DNA of 63,987 nucleotides, the filler included, from an uncultured bacterium (GTDB taxonomy: Bacteria; CAYJRR01): the NCBI GenBank assembly GCA_964372275.1. It is 3 parts of 3 records of this genome, joined end to end, with 100 filler letters (N's around TTAATTAATTAA, not from the genome) between each part and the next. Parts side by side here need not be neighbours in the genome. Positions count along the whole stretch, not along the records: positions 1 to 28,132 come from CAYJRR010000059.1; 2 more parts are not named here. One strand, written 5' to 3'. The position numbers were made by a program, and so were the translations under genes. The notes under the pieces were generated by a model. It had not been told where the DNA came from. It saw only the letters and a program-made list of their open reading frames with translations, and ran no database searches. Of this stretch, positions 8,487-16,187 are shown in pieces. Each line of letters opens with the position of its first letter. Position 1 is the first letter of the stretch.

Positions 8487-9599
8487 ATGACAAGGAAGCT
8501 CGGATCGACCGTGGCGCTTCTGACCGCGCTCGCCCTCGGGGGCTGCGACGGGAAGGAGGAGGCGTTCCCGAACGACTGCGACGAGTTCTCGAACGACGAC
8601 CTCGAGGTGGCGGTCGGGATCCCGGCCGAGGACGGCTGGTCGACCGGCGGCCTCGACCTCTGCACCGACGACAACGACTTCTATTCGCTGGAGCTGGCCG
8701 GGGGGACGCTCGCCTTCGTCGAGATCGCCTTCGACGGCGAAGCCGATCTCCAGCTCGAGCTCTACGACGTCGACGGCAACTCGATGATGGAGAGCGACTC
8801 CGACCTCGCCTACGAGCGGGTGGCGATGACGCCGCGCGAGGGGGCCGAGTCCGACCTTTACTACCTGCAGGTGAGCGGCTACCGGGGCTCGACCGGGTCC
8901 TACGAGCTCAAGGTCCGGACGTTCGACTGGCAGGAGGGGTCGCGCTGCGACGGCGACGACTGCTACCGCATCATGCAGTTCCCCGCTCCCTACGAGGACG
9001 ACCCCTACCGCTTCGACTCCTACGCCGAGTTCGGAAACGCCCGCCGCGAGCTGATCCTGCTGGTGCGCTACGCGCTCCGCGAGACCTACGCCGCCTATCC
9101 GTCGCTCAAGCCCTTGGGCCTGATCGACATGAGCGAGCGCGACGGTTCGACGCCGGGGACCGCCTACGAAGACCTGCGCCACCCGGAAGGGACGCACATC
9201 GAGGGCAACGACATCGACATCGCCTACTTCCAGACCACGCCGGACAACCACGCGCGGCCGGTCTGCGCCAACGACGGCTACTTCTGCACCAGCGAATCGA
9301 ACACCATGGACGCGGAGGCGACCGCCTTCTTCATGGCCCAGCTCTTCACCAGCTCGCGGGTGCGGGTGATCGGCGTCGACACCAAGCTGGAGGACGACCT
9401 GCAGGAGGCGGCCGAGGCGCTCTACGCCGCGGACGCCATCTCCAGCTCCCAGCGCTCGCGCTTCTACAGCATGGTCGCGTCGGGCAGCGGGTGGCCGTTC
9501 CACCACCACCACATGCACCTCAGCCTCGACTGGACCGAGGGGTACGAATCCCGGATGGCCGGGGCCGAGGTGGACCCGTACGAGGCGTCAATCCGTTGA
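8487..9599 (+). CDS. Lipoprotein with PPC-like domain and LAS/MepA-like Zn-peptidase domain
   Basis: Lipobox LALGGC; DFYSLEL...DLQLELYD...YYLQVSGY...GSYEL PPC pattern; H-x3-G-x-D-x-D (THIEGNDIDIAY) and HxH (HHHHMHL). Confidence 0.7.
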   Translation: MTRKLGSTVALLTALALGGCDGKEEAFPNDCDEFSNDDLEVAVGIPAEDGWSTGGLDLCTDDNDFYSLELAGGTLAFVEIAFDGEADLQLELYDVDGNSMMESDSDLAYERVAMTPREGAESDLYYLQVSGYRGSTGSYELKVRTFDWQEGSRCDGDDCYRIMQFPAPYEDDPYRFDSYAEFGNARRELILLVRYALRETYAAYPSLKPLGLIDMSERDGSTPGTAYEDLRHPEGTHIEGNDIDIAYFQTTPDNHARPVCANDGYFCTSESNTMDAEATAFFMAQLFTSSRVRVIGVDTKLEDDLQEAAEALYAADAISSSQRSRFYSMVASGSGWPFHHHHMHLSLDWTEGYESRMAGAEVDPYEASIR

Positions 9600-9642
9600 C
9601 ATCGTGACGGCGGGGAGATCGCGCTAACATTCCAGATCGACC

Positions 9643-11856
9643 GTGATCTGGAACGAGATCTGGCGCGAGTACCTGGGGCAGAGTCCGCTCTTCTGGGGAC
9701 TGCACCTGGCGATCGGGGCGGTGACCCTCTTCTGGGGTCTCCGGCATGGGATCGTGCTGCTTTCGATCCGTCGGCGCGCCGCCGGGGGGGAGCCGGTCTC
9801 CGACCAGGAGGTCGCCAAGCACACCGCGCATGCGGCGAGCTACCTCCCCGCCTACGAATACCTCTCCAGCGCCTTCGTGCTGGTGGGGCTGCTCGGTACG
9901 ATCTACGGCTTCTTCACCGGGCTGTCGCAGAACACGGCCAAGGCGTTCGACACCAGCACCGTCAGCCCGGCGCTGGTGACCAGCGGCTTCGGCATCGTCT
10001 GGGCGCTGCTCACCGGATTGGGCGCGAGCGTCATGGAGCGGTGGGGCTCCGGTGTTCCGCGCTGGTTCGCCACGGTGGCCTCGCCGCAGCAGGTGTTCGC
10101 CGAGGTCGGCGCCGGCATGAACGAGCGCCTCGACCGGGTGGTGGCGGCGATGGCGGGGCTGACCGCCAGCTTCCAGAGCGCCTTCGAGGGGGGCAGCACC
10201 CGCTTCTCGGAATCGGCGCACGAGATGGCGCAGACGGCGAAGGAGCTGCGGCAGTCGGTCGATGCCGCCTCCGGCTCGTTCAACAAGAGCATGCAGCAGG
10301 CGGCGACCACCTGCGATCGGATCGACGCGGTGCTCGCGCGGACGAGCGAGCTTCCGGCCAAAGTGAGCGCTTCGATCGAGAAGTTCTCCGAGGAGCATCG
10401 CACGAAGCTCGACGCCTTGAGCATGCAGATCGCGGGACGACTCGACGAGGCGATCCGGCGGCTCGACGAGGCGGGGCGCGTCGTCGCCGGGCGGCTCGAC
10501 AGCAACGCGCAGAAGTTCGACGAGATGCTCAAGGGGACGCTGGTCGAGGTCTCGGCGAAGGTCGGATCGACCCTCACCACCTTCCTCGACCGGGACCGCG
10601 ATGCGTGGACCGACTTCAGCAAAGGGCTGATGGAGGAGTTGCGCGCGACGACCCGGGCCGTCGCGGGAGAGCTGGAGCGGACCAAGGAGCTTCCGGCGGC
10701 GCTCTCGATCGAGATGAAGAGCGCGCACCAGACCTACCAGGAGACGGTGGAGAAGGTCGGCCGCGGGATCCTGAACGAGCTGCAGGCCGCCTCGGCCGCG
10801 GTCGCCGCCGGCCTGGAGAAGACCAAGGAGCTACCGGCCTCGCTCGCCATCGAGATGCGGTCCGCCCACCAGGCCTACCAGGAGACGATCGCCGCGGTCG
10901 CCGAGCGTATGGAGCGGCTCGGAAGCTCGTCCCAGGCCGCCCTGGGGGAGATCGCGATGCGCGACCGCGAGGCCTGGGCCGCCGTCGGCAAGCGGCTCTA
11001 CGACGAACTGCACGTCGCCACCCAGCGCGTCGCCACCGAGCTCGACCGTACCAAGGAGCTGCCCGCGGCGCTGGCGATCGAGATGCGCACCGCGCACCAG
11101 GCCTACCAGGGATCGTTGGAGGGGGTCGCCGAGCGGCTCAAGGGGATCGCCAGCGAGACGCAGGTCGCCACCCGGGAGGCGCTGGAGGACTTTGCCCGAA
11201 CGGTCCACCAGCCGGTCGACGAGCAGCTCAAGCAGGTGACGCTCCTGATGAAGCGTCTGGGGGAGTGGATCGCCGAGGTGAAGGCGCTCCCGTCGGAGAT
11301 CTCGCGCTCGATCACCGACGGGAAGGGGGTGGAGCTGACCCACCTGACCGAGACGACGGCGCGGATCTGGCACGACTCGGTGCGGACGCTGGAGGCGGCG
11401 CGCGCGCAGCGCGAGAACGAGGCGGTCGACAACGAGATGCAGGGGTTCCGCCGGCGCATCCCCGAGCTGGCCGCCGCCATCCGCGAAGCGGCGCAAGAGA
11501 CGAAGACGAGCTCGGAGGAGTTCCGGTCGCACGCCCGGAACTTCTCCGAAGAGGTCAAGAAGCTGCGCGTCCAGATCGAGCGGCTGGCCTGGCACACCAA
11601 CGCTCCGACGGCGCCGCCGGTCGACACCCAGCTCCTGACGACGCTCAAGAACATCGAAGCCAGCATCCCGGCGATCGCCGAGACCGCGACGCGACCCGCG
11701 CCGGCACCCGCGGCGACCGGCGGCGGCTGGTTCCCGCAGGTCCCGAGCGCCACGCCCGAGACGGCGGGCCCGCGCCCGATCGTCCCCCCCGCGCGGGAGC
11801 CGATGCGGTTCACCCCTCCCAAGCGCAGTCTTTGGTCGAAGCTGTTCGGGAGGTAG
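9643..11856 (+). CDS. ZorA-like MotA/TolQ/ExbB-family membrane protein with ~600-aa helical tail
   Basis: Three N-terminal TM segments with VGLLGTIYGF and ALVTSGFGIV motifs, then a long helical, internally repeated tail. Confidence 0.75.
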   Translation: MIWNEIWREYLGQSPLFWGLHLAIGAVTLFWGLRHGIVLLSIRRRAAGGEPVSDQEVAKHTAHAASYLPAYEYLSSAFVLVGLLGTIYGFFTGLSQNTAKAFDTSTVSPALVTSGFGIVWALLTGLGASVMERWGSGVPRWFATVASPQQVFAEVGAGMNERLDRVVAAMAGLTASFQSAFEGGSTRFSESAHEMAQTAKELRQSVDAASGSFNKSMQQAATTCDRIDAVLARTSELPAKVSASIEKFSEEHRTKLDALSMQIAGRLDEAIRRLDEAGRVVAGRLDSNAQKFDEMLKGTLVEVSAKVGSTLTTFLDRDRDAWTDFSKGLMEELRATTRAVAGELERTKELPAALSIEMKSAHQTYQETVEKVGRGILNELQAASAAVAAGLEKTKELPASLAIEMRSAHQAYQETIAAVAERMERLGSSSQAALGEIAMRDREAWAAVGKRLYDELHVATQRVATELDRTKELPAALAIEMRTAHQAYQGSLEGVAERLKGIASETQVATREALEDFARTVHQPVDEQLKQVTLLMKRLGEWIAEVKALPSEISRSITDGKGVELTHLTETTARIWHDSVRTLEAARAQRENEAVDNEMQGFRRRIPELAAAIREAAQETKTSSEEFRSHARNFSEEVKKLRVQIERLAWHTNAPTAPPVDTQLLTTLKNIEASIPAIAETATRPAPAPAATGGGWFPQVPSATPETAGPRPIVPPAREPMRFTPPKRSLWSKLFGR

Positions 11857-11859
11857 CGG

Positions 11860-13101
11860 ATGCACGGCCACCGGATCATCGTCTGGCTGGCGCTGACCGA
11901 CTTCTTCTGCTGCCTCGGTCTGCTGATGCTCAGCCTCTACGGCCAGGTCCGAAGCGCGCTCGGCGTCGGGGTCGAGGCGGCGCAGATCGTCGAGCGCATC
12001 CACGAGCGCCTGCGCGACCACCCGGCGTGGAAGGACCGGATCGACTTCAACTCCGCCAGCTACTCGTTGCGCGTACCGGAGGCGGCGCTGTTCGACTTCA
12101 ACAGCCGTGACCTGCGCCGGCCCACCGACCTTCAGCCGCTGGCCGAGGCGATCCGCGCCGAGGGGATCCGTTTCCGCGAGTTCACGCTGATCGTCACCGG
12201 GCACACCGACGACTACGGGTCCCGGCCCTACAACCTGACGCTCTCGAGGGACCGGGCGGAGACGGTCGCGATCGCGTTGCATCGCTACGGCCTCGATCCG
12301 GCCGAGTTCAGCATCGCCACGCGCGGGGTGGGGCCGAGCTACCCGGAGGTCGACAACTGCCTGCCGGCGTCGACCTTCGAGAAGCGGTTCGCCTGCCTGG
12401 AGAGGGGGCTGCCGCTCCGGCCGAAGCCGGAGTTGGAGCGGAATCGTCGCATCGAGTTGACGGTCGGGATCTTCTCGGAGGCGCTGGCGCGGTTGCGGGC
12501 GTTGAGCTCGTTGCCGACGGTGGGGGCCGGGGCGGGCGACGCCGGGGCCGGGGGCGGGGCCGCGACGGAGGCCGGATCCGGGTCCGCACCCGTTGCCGTT
12601 GCCGTTGCCGTTGCCGTGGCCGTATCCGAGACCGAACCCGTATCCGTACCGGTAGCCGAACCGAATGCCGATCGGATCCGATCCGACCCGAACGGATCCG
12701 ATCCACCGGTCGTACCGAAGCCGCCGCGCGTGGCGAAGGTCGATACCGCGGCGCTCCTGTCGAAAGGGGAGGCGCTCTTCGCGCAGGGGAAGATCGTCGA
12801 GGCGGTCGAAGCGTTTTCCGCCGCGGCGTTCGCAGCGCCGGACGACGCCATAGCCCATGCCCGTCTCGGCGCGGCCTACGCCGAAGCCGGAGAGAACGAA
12901 CTGGCGGAGTCGAGCCTCGCCACCGCCGTCGGGCTCGACCCGCGCCACGCAGACAGCCGGTACCTCCTCGGCCGGCTCCTCGAAAAGCGGGGCGAGAAGA
13001 GCGCCGCCGCCGAGTCCTACCGCGTCTTTCTCGAGGTCGAGCCGACCGGCGTGCGCGCCGACGACGCGCGCCGCCGCCTCGACGCGCTCGCCGCGCCGTA
13101 G
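11860..13101 (+). CDS. ZorB/MotB-like OmpA-domain protein fused to C-terminal TPRs
   Basis: N-terminal TM WLALTDFF with conserved Asp; GHTDDYG..YNLTLSRDRAETV and NRRIEL peptidoglycan-binding motifs; low-complexity linker; TPR helices (AHARLGAAY, SRYLLGRLL). Confidence 0.8.
   Translation: MHGHRIIVWLALTDFFCCLGLLMLSLYGQVRSALGVGVEAAQIVERIHERLRDHPAWKDRIDFNSASYSLRVPEAALFDFNSRDLRRPTDLQPLAEAIRAEGIRFREFTLIVTGHTDDYGSRPYNLTLSRDRAETVAIALHRYGLDPAEFSIATRGVGPSYPEVDNCLPASTFEKRFACLERGLPLRPKPELERNRRIELTVGIFSEALARLRALSSLPTVGAGAGDAGAGGGAATEAGSGSAPVAVAVAVAVAVSETEPVSVPVAEPNADRIRSDPNGSDPPVVPKPPRVAKVDTAALLSKGEALFAQGKIVEAVEAFSAAAFAAPDDAIAHARLGAAYAEAGENELAESSLATAVGLDPRHADSRYLLGRLLEKRGEKSAAAESYRVFLEVEPTGVRADDARRRLDALAAP
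12589..12705. repeat. Degenerate hexamer (GCCGTT-like) and pentamer (GATCC/GATCG) tandem repeats inside the ZorB-like linker
   Basis: (GCCGTT)n followed by GATCGGATCCGATCCGACCCGAACGGATCCGATCC. Confidence 0.75.
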
Positions 13102-13103
13102 CG

Positions 13104-13853
13104 CTACCGGACGAAGCGCACGGACTTCAACTCCTTGCCGAGCTGGTAGCGCAGGAAGGCGGCGAGCAACGCCCGAGCCTCCTCGGCCTGGGACGCGCCG
13201 AAGGGTACCTGGTCGAAGTGGGCGACGTCGGTGGTCAGCGTCGACTCCAGCAACCTCGCGGTGGAGGCGGAGACGTGCAGGCCGCGCGTTCCGCCGCAGG
13301 CGGGACACAGAACGCCCCCGCGCTCGGGGCTGAAGCGATACCGCTCGGGCTCCTGCGCGCCGCACGCGACGCAGCCATCGAGCCGCGGGCGGTAGCCGAC
13401 CAGGGCGAGCAACCGGAGCTCGATCCCGGCGAGCCAGCCGTCGCGCCGCGCCGGCTCCAACGGCGGCGAAGGCTCGTCTCCCAGCGCCTCCAGCGCCCCG
13501 TCGAGCAGGTCGAAGACCTCCGGGTGCGGCTCCCGTTCTCGCGTCGACTCCGCCGCCAGCTCGCTGAGGTAGGAGGCGACGGCGATGCGGTCGAGGTCGG
13601 TGGCGATCGCCGGACGCGCCCGCCGGATCTCGGCGGCGGAGAGCGAGAGGAGATCGCCTCGCCTCTCGCGGTAACGGATCTCCAGCCGATGGAACGGCTC
13701 GAGCGAGCCCCCGAACCGCTTCCGCGAGGCGCGCGCCGATCGGGCGAAGGCGGCGACCTTCCCCAGCTCCCGCGTGAAGAGGGTGACGACCCGGTCCGCT
13801 TCGCCGTAGTCGACCGCGCGGAGGACGAGCGCGATGGCGGTCTTCTCGTTCAC
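13104..13853 (-). CDS. recO: DNA repair protein RecO
   Basis: VLRAVDYGEADRVVTLFTRELGK...ARASRKRFGG; CVACG...CPAC Zn finger; ELKS C-terminus. Confidence 0.95.
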   Translation of the reverse strand: MNEKTAIALVLRAVDYGEADRVVTLFTRELGKVAAFARSARASRKRFGGSLEPFHRLEIRYRERRGDLLSLSAAEIRRARPAIATDLDRIAVASYLSELAAESTREREPHPEVFDLLDGALEALGDEPSPPLEPARRDGWLAGIELRLLALVGYRPRLDGCVACGAQEPERYRFSPERGGVLCPACGGTRGLHVSASTARLLESTLTTDVAHFDQVPFGASQAEEARALLAAFLRYQLGKELKSVRFVR

Positions 13854-13956
13854 CTCGTGCCTCTCACCGGGCGATCCTAGCATCCGGCCCACGATCCGCT
13901 TGGGCGCCGGCGGCCGTTGCATCGACCGGCGGCCGAAGGCAGACTTCCTCCGCCTC

Positions 13957-15591
13957 ATGGCGATCAAGCCCCGTTCCTTTCCCCACCTCCTTCCGAAAGA
14001 CGGCCGGCCGCGCGTCGCCTACTTCTGCATGGAGTACGGCCTCCACGAGGAGTTTCCGATCTACGCCGGCGGCCTGGGGATCCTCGCCGGGGACTTCGTG
14101 AAGTCGGCGCACGACCTCGGGGCTCCGGTCGTCGCGATCGGGATCCTCTGGCGGCAGGGTTACACCGTGCAGACGATCGGCCCGGACGGGAACCCGACCG
14201 ACGACTACCCGCCCACCCGCCCCGACTTTCTCGAGGACACCGGCGTCCGGGTGCGGATCCGGATCCTCAAGAGCGAAGTCGAGCTGCGCGTCTGGCGGGT
14301 GAGCCGCTACCGGATCGCGCCGCTGTTTCTTCTCGACACCGTCCACGCGGCCGACCACTGGATCAACCAGCGGCTCTACGATCCGCGTCCCGACTGCCGG
14401 ATCGCGCAGGAGATGGTGCTCGGGATCGGCGGGGTCCGCGCGCTGCGAAAGCTCGGCATCGACGTCGACCTGCTCCACTTCAACGAGGGGCACGCCGTCT
14501 TCGCCGGCCTGGAGACGGTCGCCGAACGGATGTCCCTCGGCAATTCGTTCGAGGAGGCGTGCCGCCTGGCGCGGGCCCGGATCGTCTTCACCACCCACAC
14601 GCCGGTTCCGGCCGGGAACGAAGTGCACACGCTCAAGGACCTACGGCGCCTCGGCGCATCGCAGGAGCTGGTCGACCGCGAGCTCACCGAGATCGGCGGG
14701 AGTCCCTTCAGCATGACGGTCGCCGGCCTCCGTCTGTCTCGCGCGGCCAACGCGGTGGCGCAGCTCCACGGCGTCACGGCGCGAGGGATGTGGAAGGAGG
14801 TCGCCGGCTCCGCTCCGATCGCGGCGATCACCAACGGGGTCCACGTCGGCACCTGGCAGGACGAGCGCGTCCGCAACGCGTCGGCCAAGGGGAGCGCGGC
14901 GCTCTGGCGCGCACATCGTGAGTTGAAGCGCGAGTTGATCCAGATGATCGCCGAGCGGAACGGACAGACCCTCGATCCCGAACGGCCCCTGATCGGATTC
15001 GCCCGCCGCGCCGCGCCGTACAAGCGGGCGAACCTGATCCTGCGGGATCCGGCCTGGCTCGACCGGCTGATCCGGAAGCATCGTGCACAGATCGTCTTCT
15101 CGGGGAAGGCGCACCCCGCCGACGCCACCGGGAAGAGGCTGGTGGCCGAGCTCTACCGGCACTCGCGCGACTGGCCGGATTCGATCGTCTTCCTCCAGAA
15201 CTACGACATGGAGATCGGACGCCGGCTGACGCGCGGATGCGACGTGTGGCTCAACAATCCGATCCGCCCGCTCGAAGCGAGCGGAACCTCCGGGATGAAG
15301 GCGGCGATGAACGGCGTGCTCAACGTCAGCGTCCTCGACGGCTGGTGGCCGGAGGGATGCCAGCATGGCGTCAACGGGTGGGCGATCGGCGACGGCAGCG
15401 AGGGCCGACCCGACCAGGACGAACACGACCTCCGCTCCTTGCAGCGCGTCCTGGAGGAGGAGGTCCTCCCCGCCTACGCCGACCCCGACCGCTGGGGGGC
15501 GATGATGGCGGCGTCGATCCGGATGGCGACCGAGAAGTTCTCCAGCGATCGGATGGTTCGCGACTACTACGAGCGCCTCTACGCCTCCTAG
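13957..15591 (+). CDS. glgP: Alpha-glucan (glycogen) phosphorylase
   Basis: YFCMEYG, YAGGLGILAGD, HFNEGH, FTTHTP, ITNGVH, EASGTSGMK. Confidence 0.95.
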   Translation: MAIKPRSFPHLLPKDGRPRVAYFCMEYGLHEEFPIYAGGLGILAGDFVKSAHDLGAPVVAIGILWRQGYTVQTIGPDGNPTDDYPPTRPDFLEDTGVRVRIRILKSEVELRVWRVSRYRIAPLFLLDTVHAADHWINQRLYDPRPDCRIAQEMVLGIGGVRALRKLGIDVDLLHFNEGHAVFAGLETVAERMSLGNSFEEACRLARARIVFTTHTPVPAGNEVHTLKDLRRLGASQELVDRELTEIGGSPFSMTVAGLRLSRAANAVAQLHGVTARGMWKEVAGSAPIAAITNGVHVGTWQDERVRNASAKGSAALWRAHRELKRELIQMIAERNGQTLDPERPLIGFARRAAPYKRANLILRDPAWLDRLIRKHRAQIVFSGKAHPADATGKRLVAELYRHSRDWPDSIVFLQNYDMEIGRRLTRGCDVWLNNPIRPLEASGTSGMKAAMNGVLNVSVLDGWWPEGCQHGVNGWAIGDGSEGRPDQDEHDLRSLQRVLEEEVLPAYADPDRWGAMMAASIRMATEKFSSDRMVRDYYERLYAS

Positions 15592-15619
15592 CTCGCCTCT
15601 CCGCCTCGCCGCCCGCGTT

Positions 15620-16156
15620 CTGGGCGCGCCGCTGGAGTCACGCGGCGGCATCGGCCCCGCCGATGCCGCCGTCGTCCTCGGCTGCGCCCTTCGCGACGGC
15701 GCCCTGTCCGCCGCCGGCGAGGAACGGATCCTCGCCGGCGTCGAGCTGTGGCGGCGGGGCCTGGCGCCGCGGCTCTGCGTCACCGGCGGCGCAACCGGGT
15801 CCGGGCGCACCGAAGCCGACGCGCTCGCGGAACGGGCGCGCGCCCTCGGCGTGCCGGGCGCCGCGCTCCTGATCGAGCCGACCGCCCGAAACACGTTCGA
15901 GAACGCCCGTCGCGTCGCGGCGCTGCTCCTGCCCTTGGGGGCGCGCCGCGTGTGGGTGGTGAGCCAGCCGTTCCATCTGCGCCGCGCGGTGCTGCAGTTC
16001 CGCCGCGCCGGTTTCGATGCGCGCGGCTGGCGCATCGACGGAGGATTGCAGGACCGACATCCGGCGCTCGGGATCGCGTGGGCGCTCCGGGAGTACGCTT
16101 CCTGGGTGCGCTTCGCCTGGCGGGAACTCCGCGGTCGTGGCGAGAGCCCTACGTGA
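15620..16156 (+). CDS. YdcF/DUF218-family protein (start codon uncertain)
   Basis: DAAVVLGC, CVTGG, TEA, EPTARNTFENA, VSQPFHLRRA; no ATG/GTG/TTG upstream of the first motif, CTG at 15620 assumed. Confidence 0.75.
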   Translation: MGAPLESRGGIGPADAAVVLGCALRDGALSAAGEERILAGVELWRRGLAPRLCVTGGATGSGRTEADALAERARALGVPGAALLIEPTARNTFENARRVAALLLPLGARRVWVVSQPFHLRRAVLQFRRAGFDARGWRIDGGLQDRHPALGIAWALREYASWVRFAWRELRGRGESPT

Positions 16157-16187
16157 ACGCCGCCACGAGCGGATAGGATCGCCCCCC

